The notes under the pieces: generated by a model
Databases searched by the model: none
What the model was told of the DNA's origin: nothing
What the model saw: the letters and a program-made list of their open reading frames with translations, nothing else
Source of the DNA: Aplysia californica
Lineage: Eukaryota
Length of the DNA: 64,000 bases
Reading direction: 5' to 3'
Assembly (NCBI RefSeq): GCF_000002075.1
Contig: NW_004797502.1
Span: forward strand, 64,998-128,997
Shown: in pieces, positions 13,301 to 24,640 of the stretch
Numbering within the stretch: position 1 is the first letter of the stretch
Layout of the letters: the number at the start of each line of letters is the position of its first letter
Program-made: the position numbers and the translations under genes

Positions 13301-16300
13301 GTTTAGCCTCGTCTTAGTTTAGATAGAGAGATGGCTCAAATGTCAAAGAATAAAAACCAGGGGTTCTATTGATGTCTTTCGGTTTACCACTGTTTTCAGA
13401 TTAACCATGTTCAGTTTAAGCGGACCCCATGTACGTCAATCCTTTGCCCCTGATCCTGTGTTTTCTTGCAGATTACGGCGCGGGCACTGCCGGGCATGGA
13501 GGAAGATGGACGCCTGTTGCCCATGCTGTGTGGCCTCAGTAAAAGGTACCTGGGTCAGGACTACAGCGTCAAGAAACAGAACGTTGGTGTTGTTACTGCT
13601 GATATGATTGATATGGTATGCACTAAGATATAAAGAGTTTAATTGTTGATAAAATAAGATAAAATAAATCTATATTGTCCAGATGTTGGCACTTTGGTTT
13701 TGTATTTCACCACACACATGAGCATGTGCATGCACACCCATATACTCATCTTCTCTTCTTCGCACTTACAAAATATGTTTATATTCACAGACCCACAGTA
13801 AGAAGTATAAGATATAAATGAACAGTTATTAGTTATAATGTAGGCCTATAAGCTGAATACATAGTCAGTATTCTGATATGATGGCATTCTGATATTACAT
13901 GCTTTTGAGGTCATAGAAATGCTATTTTGCAAAATGATTGAGGAAGGAGATTAATGGATGATGATAAGAATGACTTTCTTTAGGTCTTTTACTTTACAAT
14001 TATGCAATTGTTGGCTGAAAAATAAAGGTCAAGTGATAAGTTGCAGTCTCTATTCCTTTCTTTGAAAGGCTTACACTTTGTTGGCCAGCCCATTGTTTCT
14101 AATTTATTGTAATATCAAATTTGGTGAGTATAGATTCAGTCCAGAAATGGAAATTTAGTTTGGTAAATGAAATTGACTCCTAGAAGCCAGTTCACAGTTT
14201 TCGTTCCCAAAGGAATGATGATATAGTCTTTTATAATTATTTGTATATATATGTATTTTATGTTCTTGTGAAACTACCAATTTTGTTGTCATTTGCTATC
14301 ATCATGACTGCAGAACTAATAATTTTGTTTCTCGTTCCTGATGTCCCCAGCTGTCGAAGAAGTCGTTCCCCCTGTGCATGCAGAATGTCCATGTCCATCT
14401 CAAACAGAGCCACCATCTTCGCCACGGCAGCAGACTTCAGTACGGCCTTTTCCTCAAGGGTATTGGCCTGTCCTTGGAAGAGGCTGTGAAATACTTCCGA
14501 ATAGAATTTATGAAAAGCATGGACGTTGATACGGTGAGCATGAGGGAGGGAGAAGGGATATTAGGGCTGCTGTAGTTATTTGGCATAATCATAGATCATC
14601 TGTCAATGTCTGACAATGACCAATGTATCCGCTGAGGAGAATATCTCTTAAATGAAATGGAAAAATTAAAGGTTAAGATGACTTGTGGCTTCTGCTAAGG
14701 CTAATGAGACCAATTCTAGTGCAGAAAAGTTTCCCACATTTCGAGCTTGTAAAAGATTCATTTGCACTTGTGGATGTGCACAGCTTGAGAGTTTTTCTCT
14801 TGGCTTCAGTATTTCTTATTTTTAAATATTCACATTTGATGTATAATAGTCTCACTATTGTCAAAGTCCCTAGTTTTGTTGCTGTCTGGTTACTCTTAAC
14901 TTTACCTGAGTGTCTTTCGTTTTTCCAGTTTGACAAGAAATATTCCTATGGTATACGGTACAACTACGGCAAAGAGGGCAAGAAGACGGACTACACACCG
15001 TTTGGCTGTATGAAAATCATCATGAACAACCCACCTGCCACTGGGGACTCACATGGTATACAAAACACCTTGCTCTTTCTGTCTTATGGTTCATAAGTTT
15101 ACATGCAGTTTTCTATCAGTTATTATCTTGGACAGTCACTGTCATATTTCGTTTGTTTGTTGTTGTTTTGTTTTTTGGGGGGAGGGGTAGCCATTTGTAC
15201 ACATGATTGTCTGTGACAGGTAGCCATTGGAGCATGGTCAACTGTTTGTTTGATTATTATTATTATTATTGTTGTTGTTGTCTTAGGCTGCAAAACAAAA
15301 CTGCAGTCTTCTTTGGCCTATTTGTAAATCATTTTGGGGGTTTTCATCAGAGATGTGTGTTTTCCATTTGAAACTTGATGCTCCATTCCACAAATTGTTT
15401 TATTGTCGCCCTCTAGTCCTTACATTGTAACTGTACTCTCTCTCTCTCTTTCTCTTTCAGGTTGTCCTTTCCGTCATTTTGACACAGATTTGCTGAAACA
15501 AAGAATATCTTCACAAGGTTTGACGAAAGAGGGAGTTGAGACGGTATGTATCAATATATGTACTGGTGCATTTCTTTGTTTGTTTTTTGTTGCAAACTTA
15601 CAAACTCGTAAATTCTGTGATTAGTGTAAGATTTTTGGTAAGTTTCCCCCCTTCCCATTTGAACTGCTTGGTTTAGTGCTTAGGTTTAGGGTTGCAGATA
15701 TGTCTTACAAGAACAGGAAACAGCAGGGTGTGATCGTTGTGATCCATGAGGATGTGGAGGGTTATACTTTAGCCTACTTTTACTAGTTTCTCTATACAGT
15801 GGAAACCATATATAACAGGCCCGGTAATAACAGGGATTTTTTAAATCCCCGTTTTTTCCTACTCTTTGTCTTTATTAGAAGTTATCGACAATAACAGGGC
15901 CTCATCGGAACCCAACCGGTTATAGCAGGGACAAATTCTCGTTACAACGTGTAAAAAGTAAGAGAGAGAGAGAGTAACGCAGTGATGGAGCAAGCCCACG
16001 CAAGCCATGCCACTGCAAGCACACGCAGCTTGTGAAGCGAGAGAGGGCTGCGGTGTGCTTCAGACCTCGATCTAGCCCGAAACTTAGCAACACACACGCG
16101 TAATGTGTCACCAACGATGTCAAGCTCACGAGAAAATGCCTTTCAATTGACAAAAAATATGAAATAATCCAGGCTGTTGACAAAAAGCAAGCTCCACTGG
16201 CAGAGATTTGTCGTCAGTTCGACATTCCACAAGGGTCGATTCACACCATTATCAAGGATAGAGAGAAGATAGTGGCACCATACTCCAATGGAAAGTTTGC

Positions 16301-18870
16301 TCTGGGTCGAAAGAAGATGAGACTACCAGATGCAGATGCTGTGGACCAAGCTTTTCTGATGTGAGGCAATGGAGAGAGTTGGTGCCAAAACCCCTGTTCG
16401 TGGGTACTTGTGGCAAAGGAAACTACCCGTGAATAAGTACAGCTGGATTAGTCCACAAATGCTCACTTTCCTTGCATTTCTGATTTAACAGGGATCGGAT
16501 ATAACAAGACATTTTCTCTACTCCCACCATCCCTGTTATATCAGGTTTCCACTGTTAATGGTAATGTTTTGAGCAACACTTTACAAATCTCTTTAACCTG
16601 TTCAATTCCTTGCAGAGTCCCACCCTGGGTCCTTCCTGAATCGAATTGGACGAAATGCTGTTGTGTTCTCGAAGAAATTCATTATAATCTGTAATTAATT
16701 GCTTTGTCAATAGAAATCGTACACTACACTTTAGCGCACACATAATGAAATCGGCGGGATGTACTAATTTTGAGTACAAAGAAAAACATCATGTATAAAA
16801 ATAATTCAGAACCTGAAAATATGTTCGTAGTGTACATTCTAGACTATACAATTTTAACTAAAATATGGTTATGGCACAAGGTAAGCTTGTTTTTATTCTT
16901 CCAAGTGTAGTCATAAATAAGCCATAGATCAGCCATTATGATTTCACAGCTAATTTGATATTAAACTAATTTTGTGTAGCAGAGTTTTAACCCTTTCCTC
17001 TTCTGCTTGACTCAGGTGATGAAGTATACCAAAGGCGGTCACTGTCAGGTGGCTTGTGCCAAATACTTTGAGCTGACTCATGGGATCAGTGACAGCGGCA
17101 CAGAGGTGGAGATGGTTATACAGCACCCGAACCAGTACTTTGAGCGCAGTCAGAAGTTGCTCAATGGTAAGTCGAGAGAAATACAGTTGAACCTTCTCTA
17201 ACAGCTATCTGTAAAAAGAAGAAAAAAAAGAATCACCTGTACAAATAGCCATTTCCCATTCATACACACCCTCACCCCTTGCTTTTGTTTTACATGATAA
17301 TAGTGACATTGGGAAAGAAGTACAACCGTCTAAAGCAAATACTTTTCTGCTAGACTATGGGTAGCTGCCTTAGACAATTTTTAAGGAACAGTCCAGGTCT
17401 TATGAGTGGTTGGAGGGTGCCACTAATAGTTCTACTTTACTTCATTGAAACAGTAAACAGCATTTTAACGAGTACTCTAAACGCAGCCGAAAATTACTCA
17501 ATGGTAGGTTAAGTCAGGTCCATCGACATACCATCATGTTTTCTGTTTCACCAGCTGTGAACTGACAACTCCTGCACACCCAAACATGATCTGGGGGGCC
17601 CTCGTGGCCTAGAGGTTATGGTGTTCACCTCTCATTCAATAGGCATTAATAGTTGTAAAGCGCATAGAGCATGCTCTTGAGCATGGATATGCTCCATATA
17701 AATGCAATAATTATTATTATTATTAATAGGCCCCGGATAGTGATGGAAATTTTTCTTCTCTAAATTGACTCCTTTCACCTCCTTTCCTTCTCTATAACAA
17801 TGTTCTGTCGTCTGCTTTCGCCTCCACCTCCACTTTCTGCCCCCACCCCCTCACCTCCTTTCCCCCCTCCTCTGGGCTCCTGACTCTTTCTACAACCTTT
17901 CTACTGCTACTCCTTGGCTCCTCCTTACTGCCGTCTTTCAGCCACACCCCTGATCTTGTGGTAGGAAAGATTTACACCTAGCCTTCTCGAACAAGGGCGA
18001 AAAATCTTGGAGGTCCCGTGTGAAAGTTGTACACGTTCAAGATCCCTTGGTGGCCCAAAATCGACAAGAGTAGGCCTCGGCCGCCACCCGGACAAAATTC
18101 AAAATTTCCTACCAACTGAAAATGTTTAAATGTGTCCCCCACGCTCAGATGACCTTAAATGCAGTTGCGAGCGCCGTAAAAACTTACCCTAACCCCACCC
18201 CCAAAAAATCCCCCGTGATCTCATATTCATACCAGTTGCAGACTGATGTGAAATCAAGAAAATCATTAATACGGTACTGGATTTTCTCCTGCCTAGTTTA
18301 TGCTTGGAAATCTTTCTTACAGAATGAAAAAAAAATGTTTACCGTTTCTGGAGCTTTATTTTCACTACAGTGTCTTTAGAAGCCATTGCATTCTCTCAAA
18401 ATCTCGCATAATGGAAATCGGTGTATGTTTCACTATGTCGAGAAGAGGAAAGTGACTCAAAGCTGATAATGTTATTGGGCTGTTGGTAAATAATACTTTT
18501 TGCCTTTGTTAAATCTCACCGACGATGTGCTTCTCTTTACTCACACTAAATGACCTTTATTGTGTCAATACACTTCTTTTTACTCTGGCTAAAGTAAACG
18601 ACCATTATTAATTTGATGTGTTCTTCTTTCCTCAAATCTCACTACTGCTGGTGTGACATGATGGTGATTTCCTTGTATTTTTAAGGTCCAGCAAAGCCTT
18701 CATCGACACCTAGAACTGTGAAAATTGTCAGCTCACAGTCCAGCACACCGGGTTCATCTGGCGGCAGTGCAGTTGTCGTGAAATCGGAGCCAATAGATGA
18801 AGACATGGACGATGATATGGGGTTCTCTGCGACAGAGCTGGCGTCATTAGATGAGATGGCTGCGGCGTGA
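7323..18870 (+). CDS. PRIM2: DNA primase large subunit (p58), 12 exons, 526 aa
   Basis: Exons 7323-7482, 9999-10129, 10529-10599, 10986-11106, 11496-11582, 12736-12873, 13472-13615, 14351-14533, 14929-15055, 15461-15543, 17016-17166, 18686-18870. All introns are GT-AG and phase-consistent (1581 nt). Motifs: [89 protein letters not shown]. All four Fe-S cluster cysteines are present. Confidence 0.97.
7544..8356. mobile_element. Tc1/mariner-pogo type MITE
   Basis: TA|CTGTCGAACCTG...aagacggccacc and ggtggccgtctt...CAGATTCGACTG|TA give TIRs and a TA target duplication. Same family at 60049-60728. Confidence 0.8.
8614..9900. mobile_element. Non-autonomous piggyBac-type element carrying a nested MITE
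   Basis: TTAA|CTCTTTCACTACC ... GGTAGTGAAAGAG|TTAA: 13-bp TIR and TTAA target duplication. Confidence 0.8.
8755..9788. mobile_element. Tc1/mariner-type MITE nested in the piggyBac-type element
   Basis: TA|CAGTAGTCTCCTCCTAAGATCCC ... GGGATCTTAGGTGGGACTACT, with subterminal ctaagatccc repeats. Confidence 0.7.
11880..12221 (-). mobile_element. tRNA-derived SINE, family B (CORE-like domain, L2-like tail)
   Basis: Reverse-complement copy of 31273-31565, including the (AAT)n tail. Confidence 0.8.
15797..16554 (+). mobile_element. Internally deleted pogo/Tigger DNA transposon
   Basis: TA|CAGTGGAAACC...ataacagg and cctgttat...GGTTTCCACTG TIRs. The remnant reading frame at ~16135-16365 ([46 protein letters not shown]...RKKMR) is a CENP-B/psq-type HTH. 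Confidence 0.85.
17598..18190 (+). mobile_element. tRNA-derived SINE family A, with a short SINE-tail insert at ~17644-17725
   Basis: Colinear with 4733-5243. The head is interrupted by a gtaaagcgc...tataaatgcaataattatt tail fragment. Confidence 0.8.
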
Positions 18871-20139
18871 TGTGAAAATGTGCAAAGTTGTTTATTTATG
18901 ACTAGTTTACGTCAACTCGTGTGTAATATTTCCTGTTAATTATTTGGTAATTTTTTTAATTGACAAAGCCTGATTTGTAACAAATTCTCCTTTTATTTTG
19001 TATGTCATGGATTGAAAATAAGAGGCACAACATCCGAGTTGTTTGCATAGGACATTCAATTTAGATGAAAGTGAGGTCTGACAAATTGACAAATTTCTAG
19101 CTATTTCATTGGGTCCGAGATTGCTGGTGTAAGGTATGTAGTTTATTTACCTTGAATTGTTGCTATTGTTGTTATCCATCCAGCAACAAACTTGATTTAA
19201 GAAACAGAAATTTCTATTCTTGAAGGTGAGTTCAAGGTTTTGTTGAGTTCGGTATCGAGGAATGCGTGGTTTACAATATTTTGTAAAATGTATATGTTTT
19301 ATTTACAATCTGTTTATATGTTCTGTATGAAGTTTCTTCACATTTATTAGTCAGTCAGTGAGTGGTTCTGGAAAAGAATGGAAAATAGTTATAAGCGTCT
19401 GTCTTTGTACTGTACATGATATATTCATGTCTGGGCGAATTTGAATTTGACATTTCAAGATTAAGAATCTTTGTCACCATCATCAACTTAACCCTCACTG
19501 CTTTTGTTACACATGTTTATGTTTACAGACTGATGAATACGTGATACACAACTTTATTAAATATTTCCTGTTAGGAGCTCATGACATGACTCTTTGGGAC
19601 AGCGTTATTTTAATCAAGCTTTTGTTGTCTCAATTATAATATATTGGAGTAAATTCAACTGTTGCAATTCTAGTTGATGGATAGAAAAGGTTTTTCACCC
19701 CAACCTCCTCCCCACCTGGCACAGTTTAAATCTTTTGAGAGGCAGGCTGCTTTGTCCCTGGCTGTGATAGGTGTGTGTCAGCAGAAAGACAGAGATTTGA
19801 TAATGACTTCTCGACTGTGTAGTCGAACTTTGGTCTTGTGCATGCTAGGCAAAGAGCATAATCTGTATTCTGTAAACACCAATTATGTTGATTGTGGATA
19901 AATGAAAATGTAGATATCATTTCATACTAAAAGGAGGGATAATTATGATGGGTGGGTTGACAAAACAGGGTTAGAGAATAAAGTGGTGGTTGCTATCGAG
20001 TGAGAGTAGTACTCATACAGTATCCCAGCTGACAGACAAGTTATCTGCCTATTCCACCCTGGTACTGGGTATAGAAGGCTCGCCTCCTGTCTCTGTTCAA
20101 GGCCTTGTCTTGTCACATTGTGGACTGGCTTCCTAAGCT

Positions 20140-20311
20140 GGTGCTCTGGTGTGGTTTGATCTGTTTGATCTTTATTTCTTATCAAACATCTCTTGTCCTG
20201 ATCTCTCCTTCTTTTATGTGTTTGTTATGTTACTCTTGTAACACCTAATCTTCGGCACTTATATGACCTTACTGTGTTGCAAATGCCGTAAAACTCTCAC
20301 TAAAACTAAAC
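20140..20311 (+). mobile_element. SINE-like repeat family C (3' part, aaact tail)
   Basis: cacctaatcttcggcacttatatgacc...gccgtaaaactctcactaaaact. Related copies at ~21180-21465 and 30780-30960 (+), and at 49070-49245, 51990-52165, 53005-53385, 55080-55260 and 56070-56160 (-). Confidence 0.65.
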
Positions 20312-20739
20312 TTCCTTAGCCTGTGCCCAGTCCTGAGTCCGCCATCATCTTCTTTTCTTGTTACATTGCCACTGTTATTACTACATTGTTGTTGTTACCA
20401 CAGCAGAAGTTCAGTCTAGAATGCACACATAATAGAACACGCACATAGCAAACAGATTTTCAGGTCATGTATTTTTACTTAACATTGTATTTTTTTGTAA
20501 TTTTAAAACACATACATACCGAAATTCGTAAAAAACTAAAAGATCTCCATGTCCTGCAGAGTTTGCTACGTGTATAGATCTATGCATGCTAGACTGTAAT
20601 ATGGTACTTGTTTACATGATATACCTGCACTGCACGTTGTTGTAAGTTTGTAAATAAATTTGAGATCATCTCCAGGCTGATGAAAAATAAAACTGTCACC
20701 GACTGAGAACCAACTGCACGCTTTCAGAGTTTACTTATT

Positions 20740-21172
20740 ACTTTTACTTTTGAGTTTTGTGTGCCACATTTCATTAACAATCACAAATGACAGTGAAAAT
20801 AGAATAGAAGCAACAGAAATATGGTTTCTTAGGAGACTGCTGAGAATATCTTGGAAAGAAAAGGAATCAAATGAGGTACATGTTGTACTTGAAGCCCACA
20901 TGGGCTGCTCGCTGATAAAATCAATCAGGAAAAAAGATAAATTATGCAGTTTTTGGAGACACCTGAAAAGACATCTTGAACATCTAGCTCTCATTGGCAA
21001 AAGTGAATGCAAACGAGGCAGAGGTAGGCCCATAGTGACCTACTTGGAGAACCTACACAGATGGTTGACGGGGAAAGATCCGGGTATAGATTTTTAAAGA
21101 GCATCCGAGCAAAGGAATGAATGGATAACCATCGTCAATGTCTGTCACAGATCTGGTACTTGATGATGATGA
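20740..21172 (+). mobile_element. 3' fragment of an RTE-clade LINE
   Basis: ORF 20750-21097 (RIEATEIWFLRRLLRISW...GKSECKRGRGRP) is typical of the RTE ORF2 C-terminus, and is followed by a (GAT)n tail. Confidence 0.85.
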
Positions 21173-22724
21173 TTTATGCGTGGTTGGCAGGTGTTCTGAT
21201 TTGGTTTGCTCGTTCTTTCTTATCAATCATATATTTAGATTAGATTATCTTCCTTCTCTCCTTCTTTTCGTTCCATGTAAAACATTGTGGGTGGTTGGCG
21301 GGTGCTGTGGTATGGTCTGCTCCTTCTTCCTACATATATATCAAACATTTGTCGCCACCTTTATGACCAGTCCTTTTTTCTGTGTTTGTTGCTCTCTTGT
21401 CTCTAATCTTTGGCACTTATACCTGTTTGTGTTGAAATGTCCTAAAATTCTCACTAAAACTAAAGAATCACATATTTCAGGTGAAATTTAGGCTTCATTT
21501 TCCGTTCTTTTCTCCCCTTTACATCTCTACTGCATTGCCACTTTTCACAACCTGGCTGTCATTCTCAGATGAAAATAAGCCTACATATGAGTAAATTTAA
21601 ACTCCCAAAGGGGGGGACATTTCTCGTTCTAATGCACAGTAAAATTGTAAATGGGCTGATCCAACAATGTCATGCTCATAACTGCCTAACAACAGGAAAC
21701 TGCTGCTTTTTCTTTCCTAATCCTTACTAACTATCGTCATTTTTCTCTACTTCTTTTGTGTTTGTCACACTCTTTTGACCCGCTATTTCCGGGGTGCCTT
21801 GATAGTCGAAGCAGACTTTGTGCTTTTGAAGCTAGAGAGGTGAGCAGAGTAAGTCTGATTCCCATAAGGACTTTCTGTTGAGATCCACCCCTTGGCGCTC
21901 ATAAGACCTTTAGCTGTTGCGAGCGCCGTAAAACCTCTACTTAAACTAAACTAAATTTAAACTCCTTTGCTCTGGGTGCTTTTAATTGCCGTCAAACGCG
22001 CAAGTAGCCTACTAAACTATGTAAAGTTGAAGTGCAAAGAGTCCTGCCCTGTCCTCTTTGAACTGCTTGCTTTATGAGTGAGCAAAGAAAAGGGCCACGA
22101 TTATGGAGTTGCAGATATGTTTTGTTTTTTAAAAATAAAACAGGACGGCATGCTGAGATGATGGTGTTAGCGAAATAAATATAGGGAGGGGTTACCTATA
22201 TATATTATACTTTACTTTTAAAAATAAATAAATAAATACAATTATTTTTTTTTTTTAAATTTAATAAAAAATATATGAATAAGACAAACTACAGGTAAAT
22301 TAATAAATGAATGAACGAATAAATAAATAAAGATGAAAAAGAGGAGTGCTACGTACACTACATTGTGACACATCGTTGTATTGTTGTACTGTATAGTGCC
22401 CCTTCCATCAGTTTCAAACGAATTGAGTGAGTGGTTGGAGGGTGCCGCTGGTAAATCCTACTTCTTTACTGCCCCTCCGTTGCTTCTAGCTGTCTGTCTT
22501 ACCTTTTCCCAGGACAAAATGAAATGACAATTATTGCGTCGATGTGCTTCTCTTTACTCAGACAAAACGAACAAACGAATTAGTAATTTTATGGCCTATA
22601 CTTTTCTGACACCAACATATACGGAAACTATCGTGCTATAAGACAGAGTTATATTTACAGTTCAATCATCACACCGAAAAGATAATGTAAATTATAATAT
22701 ATTGTGACGGAGAAAGATCTGCGC

Positions 22725-22814
22725 CAAAGATTCCACAGTCTACAAGATGGTCAAAGTCAAAGATCCTGCCCTACAAAAATTAAATGGTTGGGGGGGAAAA
22801 AGCGCCGGCGGGCC

Positions 22815-22887
<73 letters not shown>

Positions 22888-23012
22888 GCGCTCATTCTCA
22901 GGGGACGCCACTCACTTCGGTTTTGAGAACACTTTTTAAAAAATATGACTCGATGAGTTGACAATAAGCGGAGTGGAACATCTTAAGTAGTAGGCCAAGG
23001 GCAGGATCTTTG
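22725..23012. mobile_element. P-element-type MITE with internal (TA)n
   Basis: CAAAGAT...ATCTTTG termini; inverted repeat caaagatcctgccc (22758) / gggcaggatctttg; 7-bp flanks TCTGCGC and TCTGCGT. Confidence 0.55.
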
Positions 23013-23599
23013 TCTGCGTCCATGGCGGAAACGATTTTAATAATAGGCTAGAGATAATAGCCATTGCATTTGTATAGCTCAAATCCCCGCCCAGCAGCAA
23101 GCTCTATACTCTGTGACTCTATGCGCTTCACATTCTATACTATTTTTTGAAAAATGTGGCAGTGGCACAGGTTTCTTGATCCAAACCGTNNNNNNNNNNN
23201 NNNNNNNNNNNNNNNNNNNNNNNNNNNNNNNNNNNNNNNNNNNNNNNNNNNNNNNNNNNNNNNNNNNNNNNNNNNNNNNNNNNNNNNNNNNNNNNNNNNN
23301 NNNNNNNNNNNNNNNNNNNNNNNGTATATAATACAATAACGCAACGTTTTCAAAAAGTTATAAAAAAGCCAAATATGCTCTGATCGTCATTCATTGTGTG
23401 TAGGCCTACCTGAATTATACCGACACCTTAATCAAAACATCCCCTATCTCAAGCCCCCCCCCCCAAAAAAAAAAACAACAAAAAACCAACCCCACCATTC
23501 CCAACCCTTCATCAACGGCTTCGTCTTTCATCCTCATCCCCCAGCCTTTGTTCATAATAGTACGCACATTATTTTGAGGTTCCTGTACTAATCGTCATG

Positions 23600-24096
23600 C
23601 TCATAAGATAAATCATTTTTAGCCATTTTGAGTTAGTGTTTTTTTTGGGTCGATTTAGTTTTTTAGTTTTTTTTGCAGCACATTTAGTGGTTTTTGTTTT
23701 GATTTGTTTTACTTACAACAATCATATAAAATCGATTAAATAATTTTGTCAATATTTTGTTAAACGTTATAAACCAAAAATAAATAAATAAATGCGAAAA
23801 TGATGACAATAGTCAATTGCTATATATTCAACTATAGTCCAAGAACAGCCTAAAATCTGGCCTGTCTAAAGATTATCAAGAATCATAGATGTTCAATAGG
23901 CCTATATATTATGAATATGTTTGACAGGTCAGAAATAAAGAACCAGCTATTACAGTAAAAAAAAAAAAGAAGGAATAAATAATATGTAATATAAGGAAGA
24001 ACAGTCTAAAACATTTTTAGTTTTTTTTTCGTCCCCATTTAGTGGAATTTTTTTTCCGAATTTAGTAGTCTCTTAAAAATCTGGATGGCAACACTG
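23600..24096. mobile_element. hAT-type non-autonomous element, right end (left boundary uncertain)
   Basis: Ends in ggatGGCAACACTG (reverse complement CAGTGTTGCC, a hAT-type terminus) and is preceded by repeated tttagt motifs. The left end is not seen and may lie in the 23190-23323 gap. Confidence 0.5.
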
Positions 24097-24102
24097 ACCA
24101 GC

Positions 24103-24598
24103 CAAAGATAGTACAAGACAAGATGGGTCACTCAGCCTAAAAAGTGTCCGCAGGAAGTATGCTCTTTGCTTCAGATGGCGCTGCAGTCTGTTTTGAAGCT
24201 CTCTTTCGTTTTTCCAGAAGAAGAATAGGAATAGCACCTCCTTGCGTGCGCAGATCGACTGCTGTTCATCAGCAGTTCGGGTACGTTCAGTGCGGAGTTT
24301 TAGTTGTTTTTTTTTTTTAATGACCTCTCGCCCTTCATTCTAAAGTCAAATTAAATGAAGAAAACCATCTCCTTTTCCTCCGGAAGAGGTTTTTTGTCAG
24401 CGTAACCATTTTTAAAAAGCGTTCTTCCGAAATTTATCCCAAAACTTGCTAGTTTCACTTCGATTTTTTAAAACTCAAGTAGGGTAACTCTGTTCGCAAA
24501 AAGTGCGCTTTTGCGAAGAGGGCGCCACCAAATTTTGAGGACACTTTTTTAATTGGCTCAAAGAGAGAAGTGGCCCATCTTGTCTTGTACTATCTTTG
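24103..24598. mobile_element. P-element-superfamily MITE immediately upstream of PDCD2
   Basis: 30-bp TIR CAAAGATAGTACAAGACAAGATGGG(T/C)CACT at both ends, and an exact 7-bp target duplication GACCAGC (24096-24102 and 24599-24605). Confidence 0.85.
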
Positions 24599-24640
24599 GA
24601 CCAGCCCAGCATCTGCACATGTTGTTCTGTTTACAACAAG